NCBI GenBank assembly: GCA_030264375.1
Contig: JASCQW010000132.1
Span: forward strand, 91,286,341 to 91,350,340
Origin: Carcharhinus longimanus
Lineage: Eukaryota
Direction: 5' to 3'
DNA length: 64,000 nucleotides
Below are positions 1 to 13,806 of the stretch, piece by piece. Position numbers and translations under genes: made by a program. The notes under the pieces are model-generated. The model made no database searches and was not told the origin of the DNA. It saw only the letters and a list, made by a program, of their open reading frames with translations. The first letter of the stretch is position 1. Each line of letters starts with the position of its first letter.

Positions 1-1842
1 CCACCTATACAACGCAAAGGTGAAAATATGTTTGCAAATGTCTCTCCATTTCTGAGTCAGTCAGGCCCTGATCACGTATTCTTACATGTTTTAACACGTA
101 GTCACATAGGGTACAGAGAGCAGAGAGAGATGTGTGGGGGAGTGAAAGTACAATTCCAGAAGGGCAAGTTCTTTTTTTTTAGCTCAGTTAGGTTCTGAAG
201 GAAATACTTAATTTGAATATAGGTTTGCTTGGATTGTATTGAGGAAGATCGATTTGTCTGCAAATTGAGAACTTGAGATCTTTTACTCATTGCTTTTCTT
301 GGCAGTTTGCACTGTGAAGCTAAGGTAGTTATGGTCCGGGTGACTGTCAGAAAGCTTTAACAATTTTTTTTGGACTTCTGTCTTTGGATCTAGATGGTCC
401 TCTATGCATGCTATGTTGTGTTCCAGGGCCATTTTCTGTGGTGGGGCCTCCTGCTGTGCTGGCCCTGTCAACGCACCAGAAAGTTGCATTCATGAAAGTT
501 GTAGGATATGATGCCACATGGGTAGCACTGGGCTTTAGGTGGTAGCTGATATGGTCATTGGATTGACCAACAAGGCAGAGTTTCTGGGTCATAACTTGGA
601 AGTTGCAAAGGACGTTTATTGGCTTTCCAGCCACTTTTTTTGGGACCAGGGTTCAGGGAGGGTGTACATTCTGTTTTTTATTGGCTTTTTACATTTTGTT
701 GGGGTGATTTCAGTCAGAAATTGGCATTCATGTATGGAACTATCACATTAGCACTTTAGTGGGTAAAGAAAAGACAATACTTTACCCATATCTAGCTGTG
801 TACTACTATAATGAGATTTACATAAAATTTGATATATAGTGATGTAACCAACCAAATGTACTGTCAGGATTGATCGTTAAAAATGAAAAATCAATAAAAA
901 CTGAAACAACAAATAGTTGCAATAATATTTGAATTGCAGTGATCTGAATTTTGTAAAATGAGTTGACAAAAAGCTTCAAAATAATTGAGTCTCCCCTTTG
1001 ACGGTGGAACTGCCATCTTCAGTCACCAGTAGAAAAGGACATTGATCCTTTCCCAAGCCGAGAGGATGGAGTAAGGATGGAGAAAGAGAATGAGTAATCT
1101 GAACCTGCAGGGTTGCTTTACGACTGCCAGCCAGAAAAGCAAAACTGAACCCTGCTCCTCCAATGGGGAAGATGAAAATCCTTGAAGGGTCAAGCATCTT
1201 TCATCTTTAATTCCAAATCCAATCTTCTGTAATTTTTAATATCCTTTCTGGATTAGTATTTTTTGGCTATTAGATGCCCAGCACTGAACTTACGTCGCCT
1301 TTGATAGACCACAGTGAACAGAATTACAAGGGTACCCTGAGAACATCCACAAATGAGGCCTGCAAAACCGTCTCCAAAGGGAGAAAGAACAGAAGACATG
1401 CTATCCCTCAACTGGAGTTGGGCCAGATAGCTATTGAAATTATATGGTGCCATTGCTAAATAATAAATGTGAATTTTTAATTACATATTGGTTTGCACTT
1501 GAGTTTTTCAAATTTTATAAGGCTCAACCAAAATGATTTTCGGTCCCTCTATAGATTAACATTGTGTATTCCAAAGTTAAAATAATTGCCACAATTTTTA
1601 GAAACTAATTGATATCGAGCTGAAATTTTTAGGGTGCGGGAAGTAGCATACAGCTTGCCACCACACCCCCCCGCTGGAATAAATGTCAGCCCTGAACAGA
1701 GCGGTGTTAAACATGGCCATCCCCCAGCCTTAATATACTACTGGTGGTCTTAAGGTGGGACTTTGATCCCTCAGTCTCAGTTCTCAATAGTTGGCACTGA
1801 TGGGACTGTGAAGAGGCCATGTGACAAAGGCAACATGGATCC

Positions 1843-2140
1843 GAGAGACCTGGGACCTGGATTCAATTCCGGCTTTGGATGACTGTTTGTGTGAAGGTTG
1901 CATATTCTCCCCGTGTCTGTGTTAGTTTTGTCTGGGTGCTCCAGTCTCCTGCCACAGTCCAAAGATGTGCAGGTTAGGTGGATTGGCCATGCTAAATTGC
2001 CCCTTACTGTCCCGGGATGTGGAGATCAGGGGGATTAGTAGTGTAAATAGGTGGGGGCAAACGGATAGGACCTGGGCAATATGTCAGTGCCGATTTGATA
2101 GACCGAATGGCCTCCTCCTTTACAGTAGGAATTCTATGAC
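1843..2140 (+). mobile_element. HE1-like V-SINE (5' degraded) with CR1/HER1-type tail
   Basis: V-domain TTGCATATTCTCCCCGTGTCTGT...CCACAGTCCAAAGATGTGCAGGTTAGGTGGATTGGCCATGCTAAATTGCCCC, with tail CCGAATGGCCTCCTCC...GGAATTCTATGA. Confidence 0.85.
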
Positions 2141-2919
2141 TGCCCCAACAAACACAGGTAAACCTTTCTTCTTGCCTTTTAATCAGTTGGGTCAGAAAAA
2201 CAGCCTACTCCCATCCATCTCTTTACACCAATTGTATTATGATGTAAAGAGCATAATATTTGGGGTCAGCTGGTTTGTTCACAAGCTCAGTTGTCTGTTA
2301 ATTATTTGCTTAAAAATAGCGAGCAGGTTGCCAATTTCAGCACCTATTTGCCTACCGTTTAATGGAGAATGGGTCAGTATGGGTGGATGATGGTGGGGCT
2401 TGCCACCCCTCATAGTTTATATGTCCCTCAGGCAGCCACTGAAAATATACCCAGCAGAGTCCACTATTACAGAGATTTGTTTACCTGTCTCACTTCAGTC
2501 CCTGCGTACTAGAATCTTTGGATATAAGAATTACAAAACTGACAACAATACATCACAAAAGTTACTGAATTGTCTTCAAAAATGATATCCAAACAAAATT
2601 ATAAACCACCTAGCTCATGATGTAATAATCACATTATTTATAACCATTCTAATCTATTATTAAAATACTCGAATATTCACAAAGACCCACCATTAAAAAT
2701 CAATGGAGGGGGGAGAGAATAATTTTCAATTTACCACGGGAGCATGGACTAATATTGTAGATCATGTGCTCATCACTGACACTTCCCAGTTTTTCTTTTC
2801 ATCAATTCCAATGGAAAATTGGGGCGTCAGAAAATCTGGTTTTGTGCTCCAGTGATGAGGTGAAAATTACTTCCAGTGCACTTAATCCTTTTTTTTTGAC
2901 AGAGATGCGTTTTACTTAC

Positions 2920-3028
2920 TTAAGTAGCTTTGTGACTCCTCTTGCATTGTTGTGATTGGACAGTCTTTATGTGTCAACAACAGTTGTTTCAGCTGTGCCA
3001 CCTCATTCTTCAAGAGAGAGACCTCATT
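2920..3028 (-). CDS. CREB5: CREB5 internal exon, C-terminal leucine zipper (109 bp, phase 0/1); absent from the ORF track
   Basis: Read by hand on the minus strand: tgtgtccacag|AAT GAG GTC ... = NEVSLLKNEVAQLKQLLLTHKDCPITTMQEESQSYL+A|gtaagt. It continues the zipper in frame and has the ATF2-family HKDCP motif. Confidence 0.96.
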
Positions 3029-3667
3029 CTGTGGACACATTTTATAAAGGTGAAAATCATTCAAAGCTTTTCACCAAGGTTCAATTCTGTCCCAGATTGT
3101 TGGATTAACCCCCAAATCAGGTGGATTTCAGTCTGGCGGGAAGAAAAATGCAAGCCTCAAAAATCAAACCCTATCCACATCAATTTCAATGTAATGGGAA
3201 ACAAATTCCAAAAATGTTAATCAGATTAAATTTGTCAGGACCCAAGGGAAATCCATTCCTCCATGTTACCACCCACAAAACATTGCCTTGTTTCACACAC
3301 TGTCACCTTTTTAAAATCAAGGCCATTATGTCTGCTGTATAAAAAGTTCCTGTGAGTTTTGGTAGTCTCAAACAAGTTACTTATAGGTGTGGTCTCACAG
3401 GACAAAAGTGTTTGATGCTGCCTGAAATGGAATATTCCTTCCCCTGCATTAGCAACTAAAAAAAACCTTGCATTTCAATAGCACTTTTCATGACCTTGGA
3501 TGTCTCAAAGCGTCTTATGAGTGAAAAGGAAAGAAAATGAAAATAAATATTTTTGCTGCAAAAGCTATGTCAAGTTTTTGATGTAGATTGATTGTGAAAC
3601 TGGATGTAGCTAAAAAGAATTAAAAATGCGGCTTCACCTGCTAAAGAATAAACAAAATTAACCAAAA

Positions 3668-3930
3668 GGGTGGCAATATTGCACAGTGGTGCCTCACAGT
3701 GCTAGAGAGCCGGCTTCAATTCCAATCTTGGGTCACTGTCTGTATGGAGTTTGCACGTTCTCCCTGTGTCTGTGCGGGTTTCCGCCGGGTGCTCCCATTT
3801 CCTCCCATATGTGCAGGTTAGGTGGATAAGCCATGGTAAATGCTTAGGATTACAGGGATAAGATGGAGGGGTGGGACACTCTTTCTGACAGTTAGTGCAA
3901 ACCACTTCCTGCACTGTAGGGATTATATGG
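3668..3930 (+). mobile_element. HE1-like V-SINE, internally deleted
   Basis: GGTCACTGTCTGTATGGAGTTTGCACGTTCTCCCTGTGTCTGTGCGGGTTTCC core and CTGCACTGTAGGGATT tail. Confidence 0.8.
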
Positions 3931-4044
3931 TTCCAGCTAAAAATCCGTATCACACAGACACTGCTGCATACAAAAATGCTACAAGAGTGTACATGGACAT
4001 TCTTGTACAATGATGGCTTTGTAATAATTATGTCAATTGTGACT

Positions 4045-4460
4045 TGGTGGGTCGCCCTTCTGCCTCTCTATCACAAGGTTCTGGTTTCAAGATCTAGTCC
4101 TGGACTTGAGCACAAAAATTAAGGCTATTGCTTTGATGCAGTATTGAGGGTGCACCGGAGGTGCTGTTGTTTGAACGAGATGATATGAGGGCCTGCTTTG
4201 GTGGATGTCAAAGTTCTCATGGTACAGTCTTAAGAAGGGCAGGGGAGTTACTCCTGGTGTCCTAACCAATATTTATCCCTCAATGAGATTATAAAAACAG
4301 ATTATCTGGTCATTATCACATTGCTGTTTGTGGGACTTAGCAGTCAATTATGCACAAAGCAGTGTTTCCTATATTACGACATGAGTACACTTCAAAAGTA
4401 CTAACTTCACTGGCTGTAAAACACTTTGACATGTCTGGTGATTGGTGAAAAACACTATCT
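4045..4460 (+). mobile_element. Deu-domain SINE (SacSINE1/AmnSINE-like), decayed
   Basis: AAGAAGGGCAGGGGAGTTACTCCTGGTGTCCTAACCAATATTTATCCCTCAA...CAGATTATCTGGTCATTATCACATTGCTGTTTGTGGGA...TACACTTCAAAAGTAC matches the recalled Deu-SINE body. A minus-strand 3' tail fragment sits at ~3460-3515. Confidence 0.75.
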
Positions 4461-5756
4461 TATGATCCCACCAATAACGTACCCCCGCTGCAGGGAAAGG
4501 GTACGTTCAGTAGGAGAAAAATCCCACCTCATATAAATTCATCTATCTTCCTTTTTACATGTAAAAGGGCTGAGATTTTTGCAGAGCTATGGAGATTCCA
4601 CAGCCAACTGAAATTAGGGCTTAGAACCTGCATCTGGAAGTCTCAATTTCAATGGATCCTATTTTTATCAGAATGGGATTGGGGCTGGACGTTGATTCAC
4701 AAATGAGGAAACTCAACCTTAGCAAAGCCACTTGAACTCNNNNNNNACTTCAAACAGATTCTATTTTCGCTAGATTCTGCAATACTTGAGCTACCATTTT
4801 ATCAAGTAAAGGTAGATGCTTGTGAAGGATGGAAAACGTCTAGGGAACTCTCAAGTTAAATCCTTTGTCCTTTAAATTTTGCAAAAAAAAAGCCTGCCTA
4901 TGTCCCTGATCTGAAAAACAAATCTGTGCTTGCAGTTTCAATTGATGTTTATTGAGATAACCCCAAGTGTTATCATTATAATATTATTACTGCTAGACTG
5001 CTTCCACAATCTATCATCATCACAGCACAGAGCTGTAAGTTCACAGTTTGAACAATAGCCCCAATAAGTTACTAAAGGATTAGCTTTCTTTGTGGGTTTA
5101 TGTTTGTTTTTATAAGGGATTAAGTCATTGAGGGAATTTCGTTGTAACAAATGGGCTTTTATAAATAGGATTATTTTTACATCATGAAGTCTGTAGTAGA
5201 CAAATAGAACTTTTTTTTCATCTCAGCATGACTCCTATGTGAATATGAAGAATGCTGGATGAGATGGAATGCAGGGAAAGGATGGTGGCTGGACATAAGT
5301 TGGCACTAAGTTTATTTAGGGACTGTAAGGGCTATGGGGATGAATGATAGGGATCATCTGTTGGCATGAGTGGTACTAAATTGACTTAAGGCCTACAAGA
5401 GGTCATGGAGATGGGTGGGGGCATGAGTTGATTTAGGTGCTATAAGGGGCCAATGGGAAATGGGGTGTCTTTTCAGCCACATAGCTAGGTGTTGGTTATT
5501 GTCTCTGGATCCTTTTTTGACCCACACATACGGGGTGGTGGTTACCAAGGCACACGTTGACAAGTGTTGCCACAAGGTTGACTGAAGCCCATAAGGGTCC
5601 ATGGAGTTAAGGGGTATGGGTTGACTTGACTGGCATAGATGGGGCATGGCAAGTGGGTGAGCGGTCAGTGAGAATGAGGGATAAGGGCTAGAGGGCCTTT
5701 ATTAAATGACACAAGTGGGATGATGTCCACAGAACTGATGCAGGCCTTTTAACCAT

Positions 5757-6058
5757 GGCAGAGGCACAGTGGCAGAGTGGTTAGCACTGCTGCTTCACAG
5801 CACCAGGGACCGGGTTCAATTCCAGCCTCAGGTGACTGCCTGTGTGGAGTCTGCACATTCTTTCCATGTCTGTATGCTTCCTCCCACAGTCCAAACATGT
5901 GTGGGTTAGGTGGTTTGGCCATGCTCAATTGTCCCTTAATGTCGAGGGGACTAGCAGGGTTATATGGGGTAATGGGGATAGGGCCTGGGTAGGATTGTTG
6001 GTGGTGCAGATTTGATGGGCCAAATGGCTTCCTCCTGCACTGTAGGGATCCTATGATT
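5757..6058 (+). mobile_element. HE1-like V-SINE, near full length
   Basis: tRNA-like head GGCACAGTGGCAGAGTGGTTAGCACTGCTGC...GGGTTCAATTCC (A/B boxes), V domain, and tail CTGCACTGTAGGGATCCTATGATT. Confidence 0.88.
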
Positions 6059-8288
6059 GAACCAGTCCGCCTCTGCCCTTGGCAACCCATGTCCACCTCC
6101 GATCTGCATCATTGTGTGGTAAGCTTGATTCCATCCTGCACCTACTGCCCACCAGAACATAGATCCTGCAATTTGGAGCACTTTTTCCTGAGGCAGGTGC
6201 TGCGAGCCTGAAAATTTCTGAATTCTGCCCACCCATTTTGGGAATGAAAATCCAGGCCAAGGATTCCTGCATTATGTTTTTAGGAGAGATTTCTGTCAGT
6301 GAGAGGCCTAAAACAATTTGAGGACCTGGTCTCATTTCAGTATTCTTGGTGACTGGCAGTGTTTCATGGCAGGCACCCAGCTCTGGGCTGGCATAATCAA
6401 ACATCCAGAATGCTGAGGCAGCCAGTTAGGTCCAAGGATAGGAAAGTGACCATGGAGGGGTCGGCTTGCGATGCAGGTTGGCATTAGTCTTCTTGTGGAA
6501 CAAGTTTGTGCTTAATTTTTTCAGCCTTTTCTGCCACTTCTGTTTCACCAGCTGGAATAATTGTACACAGCATGAATGACATATGTTCTGCTCAACTGTA
6601 ACTCAAATCTGGTTCAGATGCATGTCATAAGGCACAGGATTAAATGTAGTAATGAGGTGCTTACCTGATTCAGCCGGGTTCTGGGCCACACAGCAATCGG
6701 CCTTGGGCAATCAGGCAGCAAGGAGCATCAGAAGATAAATTAGATGACAAGTGCAGCACAGCGAGTTGAGAACTAGTACTGCAGAGTTCTTGCCAGATGG
6801 CCTGAGTTAAAATTGGCTCTTTTGACTTTACAGGCCCAATATTTACAAGGTGTGTGGGTGGGAAGGGGTGCTGGGAAGAAGTTGTGGACAGGAAATCCAA
6901 AAGCATGGGTTTCCCAAACATCCTGATTGCTCAAAATGTTTTCTCCAGGTTTCCTGTCCGACAGCCAGCCTGACTGACTGTCTGGCTGCTTGTTGGGCTG
7001 GAAAGCCTGCAGCAAAAGGAAACAGTGTGGTGTAGACAGGGAGAGATGATAGTTGGATGGTTAGGAGGTGGGGAGAAGCAGATAGATTATGAGAGGGGAT
7101 TTACGGGATAGCTTATTGAGCTGGCAGAAACACTCCTGCCCATACTGGTCCAAAAGCAGTATTGTAAAGGCACTTACCTTACACATTCAGCCCTTCTGTA
7201 TCTCACCCATCTGGTTTCCCAAGGGAGAGCCAACTAGCATGGCTTCAAAGTAAAAATTGTTAAAATGAAGGCTACAGCCTCCTTAAAAGGTTTCAATTAC
7301 TGACCCACCAGCTGACAACAAATTGGTTGATCAAATTCCCTTCCTTTTCCAGCCTTCATTAAAATTGGAAATGGGCAGGGCAGGTTTGAGGAGAATTATG
7401 TTCTTGTTTCAGATTCTTAATTTTTTAACCCTACCTGAACCAAATTTACCCATCTTGAGGGGATAAAATTATTTCATCTATATTTAGGTCAACATAACTG
7501 AAATAGCCTTTAGTTCTTTCATCAACTATACCATTCTCTTTGAGTCCATCAAGAGAATCTACTTTGAAATCTAAGCTAACAAAACCAAAACTAAATATTC
7601 TCTTTCATCTGAGCCCCTGAATTTCAAGAACAAGCAGCTATTTAATAAAAAATCTGTTGTAAACTTTTATTGTTCTCGTGATAAGAATCCACTAAAACAA
7701 GTGAGCATATTTAAATAATTACATTTCAGTTGATACAAAACAAGATTATAAATCGGACATGAAGTTAACATTGGTGTTTTTTTTTCCCCTGAACATCACC
7801 TGTAGCCTTGTGAAGCAGCAGAATATATTTTGAAAGTTAACTCAAGTGTCACCAAAGGATTCAACAATATCTTGACTATCTTCTGAGCTGAAAGGGAGAG
7901 TCTTTCAGCTCATGGAAATCTTCTATCCACTACTTTTCAAGAAGATATCAATTTATCACTTGAAATGAGATGATGTTTCCATTAAATAACAGATGGAGGA
8001 ATTTCATATGAATAAGGTTGTTCGTAACATTGCGCAGTGCAATTTTAACAATCGTACACAGTTTAGTAATTCATTTTGAGAATGGAAGAAGAAATGAGAA
8101 ACATTAAATGTTTGTTCAGTAATTAAAAAGCTGCAATGTTATGCTCCATTTTTTGAGCATATATATGCAATCTGGAATAAAATATCTTTGGGAGTATTAA
8201 GGATTAATCCTAAACCTGCCATAGTAGAAACGATTAGAAAATAGCATGAAATGATGCTCCTTTCAAATGATANNNNNNNNNNTCATAC

Positions 8289-8516
8289 CTGAAGTTGCAT
8301 ATTGGTTTGTGTGAGTTCCTCTGCTTTCTTTTCCAGTGATAACACCCACACTTTTCTCTTCTGTCTACAACGTGTTGCAGCTGCGCGATTTCTTTCCAGA
8401 AACTTCCTCCGTCTTTCATCAGGATCTTCATCGACAACCCTTCTCCTACGGCCCCCACTGGTTGGAGTTGGGTGCCCTGACTGTGGAGATTGCATCTGTT
8501 GCGCTCCAGGTGAGAC
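8289..8516 (-). CDS. CREB5: CREB5 internal exon, bZIP basic region and N-terminal leucine zipper (76 codons, phase 0/0)
   Basis: Translates VSPGAQQMQSPQSGHPTPTSGGRRRRVVDEDPDERRRKFLERNRAAATRCRQKRKVWVLSLEKKAEELTQTNMQLQ, nearly identical to the mammalian CREB5 bZIP as I recall it. Acceptor is gttcccttgcag|GTC and donor is CAG|gtatga. Confidence 0.97.
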
Positions 8517-10045
8517 CTGCAAGGGAACATCAAATGTATTTTGCATTATATAAAGAAAGAGTTAGCACAAAGTTTCAGTTTAAATGCAGACAGATTNNNN
8601 NNNNNNNNNNNNNNNNNNNNNNNNNNNNNNNNNNNNNNNNNNNNNNNNNNNNNNNNNNNNNNNNNNNNNNNNNNNNNNNNNNNNNNNNNNNNNNNNNNNN
8701 NNNNNNNNNNNNNNNNNNNNNNNNNNNNNNNNNNNNNNNNNNNNNNNNNNNTCGCTCGTATCAGCAGTTTGCCTACCTGCATGATCTTATGGAAGGCAGA
8801 CAATTAACAAACTATTTTCTGTGTTCATTATTCAATTAGAGATGGCTGATGGGAGACCAAATTGGCAACACAATTGAGAGTGTTGTATTTAAAGGGACAT
8901 TGCCATCCTATGGAGTAATAATTGATTCTCTCTCAAATAACCATCAGTGGTTCACATTTCTGCTCCCTTGGCTGTCTCATTACTCCTGGAGAAATAACCT
9001 ATTTACGGAGAATCATTTGTTTTGGACCATTTTGGTTTGTCTCAGGCTTCCAGCTGATTTATGCTGAGGTTAGTTCTACTTGGATTGTTGCTAGTGAGGG
9101 ACAGCGTGTGGGTGCTCATTATTTCCTCCAAGGAAAGGAGTCATTTATTATACTAAGTAGGACTCATCTGCAGATTCTGCTTTGTTCTATCACCTTACTG
9201 TACTGAACTGTGAAAATATTAACTTACTGTTATCTTTTATATCTTTAGTTACAGCTTTTTTCTACAGCTGCTTCTTTGACTCTTTGTTCATCCTCTTGTT
9301 CTCTTTCTTTATATTCTGTATTAATTTCTGTGAATTTCCTCAGTTTTCTCCCTATAGGAATTATATGTTATTCTTCCCTCTGATTAATTTATTAATTCAT
9401 TTAGTCTTGCCCTGAGCCTTGTTGTTTTGCTCCTTTGCTGACCTGAATGCCTGTCAGTTGCAGGCAAAAATAACTCCCCTCTGAGTTTTGACTCCACTGA
9501 GATGATGAGCTCCAGACACTGCAGTGGAGCTGTACGACATTCAGAAAATGTCATTGTTCTGGGAAACCAGCTGATTTGGTTTCTTGCCGCTGCCAGATGA
9601 GTTGCTGCACAGAATCACCTCTGATACAAGCACATGGAAATGGGACACATACTGGGGAAGTGGACTGATGCTTTGCTTTTAGACTCTCCATACATCCTCT
9701 CCCCCCTCCACCAAATAAAACCCTTACAGAGCTCAGAAAATTCAAGTTACATATGCCTGGATCCCACAGTTGGAGGTGCTTATGTATAGAATGTACAGAC
9801 CCCTTTCAGGAGACAGTAGGCACATTCCATGTGTCTTCCAGACCACTCCCGTCCCCCCACCCACCCAAATCCAGCAAACAATCTTAGTCAAATATTTCAA
9901 GCTCAATGGTTAGATAAAGGGGGGGCGGTTTAGAACGGAGTTGAGGNNNNNNNNNNNNNNNNNNNNNNNNNNNNNNNNNNNNNNNNNNNNNNNNNNNNNN
10001 NNNNNNNNNNNNNNNNNNNNNNNNNNNNNNNNNNNNNNNNNNNNN

Positions 10046-10158
10046 NGAGAGGGCGGGAATGTGGAACTGAGCCACGACAGATCAACCATGATCTTATTGA
10101 ATGGCGGGGCAGGCTCAAAGGGCCTACTCCTGCTCCTATTTCTTATGTTCTTATGTTA
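10046..10158 (+). mobile_element. CR1 LINE 3' end (young family), abutting an assembly gap
   Basis: GATCTTATTGAATGGCGGGGCAGGCTCAAAGGGCCTACTCCTGCTCCTATTTCTTATGTTCTTATGT. The same tail occurs at 31372-31445 (+) and 34189-34260 (-). Confidence 0.8.
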
Positions 10159-11539
10159 GGGCTTTCTGCTTTAAAAATCAGCAACAATTTAATTACTGTT
10201 GGCAGATATACTACACACTCCTTCTCCTCCCCTCCCACCCCTTCCCAGGCAGTAACATAAAGGGGGCACAGTGTTGGAGAACCTCAGAAATTCTAGCGGA
10301 TAGCTATCGACAAATGTTTTATTATCGAAAGATAGTCCTTCACATGTTAAATGATCTCCCCCATTGTCAAAGCAACCCTGCGTGTAATTTACATCGTGTT
10401 TGAATATATCTGTTGATATTAGGATGGATATATTTTATATCTCCATCACATCTACTGGAAAAACCTGAACTTGGTGGTGATCCATTGGAGCTGCTCCCAG
10501 ACACATTTCCTACCCTGTCTACTGGAACTGTGCCAGAGTTAGTGCAACTCCAAAAAAAATCATGCCCAATGTCTGTGTTTGTTTAAGGGCTGTAGGAAGA
10601 CCATGAGTGCAGACGTAAAATGTCAACTCTTTCCATCCTTTGAAACTAATAAGCATGAGTAGTGAAAGGTGAGAAATGTATGAATCATTTATTTCCTTCA
10701 AACCTAGATTCAATTCTGGTACGTATCGACTCTCTCCATATTAAAAGTAGCATTGCTTGCAACAGAAGTCAAGCTACATCAGAAGGATTGGTCGCAGACT
10801 TCCAAAATCATTAATTTATTTTTACTCTCTTTTGCTGACCCCATACTTGGTCAAAATATATATTTGTCCATCTTAAGTGCTTGAGAAATGTGAAAACAAC
10901 ATTATTTACCATGAACCGTGACTGGCAACCATTTCCACCATTACATTTGTATTTCAGCAAAATGTTGGGTGGAAAATACTGTATATTGCCACTTTGATTA
11001 GTGGTTTTTAAATATCAAAATAATCATGTAAGAAAACCTATTTCTAAAAAAAGGAATATCTGCCCGTTCTTTGACAGTTACCCTGTACTGCTTATACAAA
11101 AGGACAAGTGATTAGGTGATGCAAAATGAGAATGCAGATCAGAGAATAAGATGTAATTTATAGTCCCATCTCTGATTTGCACTCATTTGCTTTGCTTCAC
11201 CAAATCTTCCCTTCAAAATGATTAACTCCTGCACTGCCAGGAACAGTATCCAGCAGGGAAATTTCTTCACACACTAAGGATAGGGTTTTCCGGCCACATT
11301 TGCACAAAAGCCAGAAAATCCCCTTGAAGTTAACTGACCTTTGCAAGGTCCGTGTCCTGCCTGCTGTGATCCCAGTGGTGAGCGTGATGGGAAAATTCCA
11401 ACCAAAGTGTCATGACAGCAAAAGTTTGTTTGTAAATATTTTCTCTAGTAATTTCATAAATGATAGAACTTAGTTTGCTTTATGAACACAAAATGGATAC
11501 AAAGCATATTTTTAGCAAGGGAATTATGCTAAAAGGGTA

Positions 11540-12310
11540 AATTACGAGCGCTAGTTGCACAGACTGGGGATTGCATTTGCTTGAATATCAAAGGGTAAGG
11601 GAAATGATTTAATCAAGGTGTTTATGGCAAGTAAAAGATTTGATTGGGTAGACAGAAATAATTTCCTCTTGTGGAAGAATCCAGAACAAGATAGAATATA
11701 CTTAAAATTAGAGCTAATCCATTTGTGGGTGAAGCCAGAAAGCCCTTCTTCACAAACGGCATGGTAGCACAGTGGTTAGCGCTGCTGCTTCACAGCTCCA
11801 GGGTCCTGGGTTCAACTCCCGGCTCAGGTCACTGTCTGTGTGGCGTTTGCACATTCTCCTCGTGTCTGTGTGGGTTTCCTCAGGTACTTTGGTTTCCTCC
11901 CCCAGTCCAAAGATGTACGGGTTAGGTTGACTGGCCATGCTAAGAAATTACCCCTTAGTGTCCAGGGATGTGTAGGTTAGAGGGATAAGTGGGTATAATA
12001 TGTAGGGATATGGGCATAGGGCCTGGGTGGGATTATGTTCGGTGCAGACTCGATGGGCTGAAGGGCCTCTTTCTGCACTGTAGAGTTCTATGATTCTATG
12101 AAATGGTCTGGAGGAAATCTGGTACCCTCTCCCCCAAAATGTTGTTGAGGTGAGGTTAATTGAAAATTTCATAACAGTATAGATATTTTTTATTAGACAA
12201 AGTTATTAAGGGTAACAGAGCCAATGGTGATAGATGGAGTTAAGATACAAATGAACCATCATCCAACAGGGTGGTTCAAGAACAGGTTCAAAGGGTTGAA
12301 CTGTGTTTCT
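11540..12310 (+). mobile_element. Decayed CR1 LINE 3' fragment interrupted by an HE1 SINE
   Basis: CR1 3' ORF2-like text (GATTTAATCAAGGTGTTTA...CTTAAAATTAGAGCT...CCCTTCTTCACAAA) resumes after the SINE (GGAAATCTGGTACCCTCTCCCCCAAAA...). Confidence 0.65.
11757..12100 (+). mobile_element. HE1-like V-SINE, full length, young
   Basis: CGGCATGGTAGCACAGTGGTTAGCGCTGCTGCTTCACAGCTCCAGGG head, V domain, and TTCTATGATTCTATG terminal repeat. Confidence 0.9.
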
Positions 12311-12459
12311 GTTTCTAAAAATAGAGCATACACCCTGGAATATGTTAGTTAATACCCATTGGAAGACTTCAATGCAAAGTTCATTACTGATGAGTGGGCG
12401 GGTGTCAGGCCTATGCTGCTCAGGGTATTCCATTCGCCACAGTGGCCAGTCTAGATAAC

Positions 12460-13240
12460 AGCCATGATTCTCCCATCCCACTGCACTAATGTTTTGGCAC
12501 AGGAGGCCGGGAGATTCTTGTATCAGTTGATTCATGGGGTTTGCGCATGGGTTCATGCTCCACCAGCGTCTCCCAGCGCTGGATTTCCAGCGGCACCAGC
12601 TCTGTGCCAGAAATCGATGGGGAGGCACAAAGACCATTTAAATGGTCATTTTAATATAACTTGAATATCATTAGCAGGCCCGGGACTGAAGTCTCCAGGC
12701 CCGCTAGCCTTTAACCCTCCATCCACAGTGGTTCACTCCAGTGGGGATTACAGTAGCTCTTCACTCCAGACCAGCAGCCTGACTCTGCTGGAATGAAGGA
12801 AGGCAATTGGGGCCCTTCAGAAGGGGTGGAGGGGTGGAGGGGAGTGGGGAAGGGGAGGGTGATTCAGCGCTGACCCGGGTATGGTCATGGGGGTTGTGGG
12901 GAGGGCAGCGATCAGGCCATGGGGGGCTGGAAGAGGCGGCTTTGTGGGATTGCAGGGATGGTCAGCAATTGGGAGACCAGCAGTGTGGGTCCAATGCGCA
13001 TGCGCTGATCTCAGCGCTGACAGGTCAATGCATGTGCAGTCACCCACTCAGCGCTATGCTGCCGGCCTCTTCAGTGGGGATAGGCCCCACCCGCTGAAAT
13101 GTAATGATATTCATGCTAGTGGCCTCTGCAGTGCACAGTATGAGAGATGCTTCTCTGAACTCCTACTGAAAAAACCAGCATGAATTACTTCAGTTTTCAC
13201 GCAAATTCAACATTCAGAACTTTTTGGCAGAATTCCAGCC
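12460..13240. mobile_element. Non-autonomous DNA transposon (MITE, probably PIF/Harbinger-related)
   Basis: GC-rich block with degenerate TIR-like ends (GCCATGATTCTCCC ... GGCAGAATTCCAGCC). The reverse complement of 12990-13235 aligns by eye to 37655-37900. Confidence 0.6.
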
Positions 13241-13806
13241 AAGATCTTCCACTGCTTTCCATGGATACATGAGAAACAGGAGTACTCTTCCTGACTCTAT
13301 AGTCCTGATGATTTTACCCTTCCACAACTTGCTTGCTCCACCACCACAAAAACATATCTGAGGGCTATCTTTGCTGATGCACACAGCCTGAATTCTTCAT
13401 ATGGGGTGATCTGTATGAAATCAATTTCTGCTCAAACACAGAGTGTGGGCCCAGTTAGAAATCTCCCCATAAATATCTTTAGAAAATATGCTTTTAAAAC
13501 TTTGCAGAAAACACTAACTACAGGAAATTCTCATGAAACTTGTATTGGTCCTGCTATATAAAGTAAGCAGAGAAATTCTTCCCTTTGGTTTTATTAGGTA
13601 CATCTCCAGGTACAAAGTTATTGATAAAGTGCACTACAAAATACTCATTTTTTTTATTGATGATAAAAATCCCTGTTGCAATGCTATTACATCAATGATA
13701 GAAAATAGACAGTATGATCATTGTTTTTGCATCAGTTTCCATTTCACTCAGTGGTATGGCCATATACCTGGAATACATTCTATAAATATCCTTATAGATG
13801 ATTTAC

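Noticed and set aside
1-2919. CREB5 terminal exon
   Set aside because: I found no minus-strand phase-1 exon resembling the expected SPESSPP... C-terminus, so it presumably lies left of the window.
5757-5830. tRNA genes at SINE heads
   Set aside because: The A/B-box-like heads continue straight into V-SINE bodies, with no complete cloverleaf.
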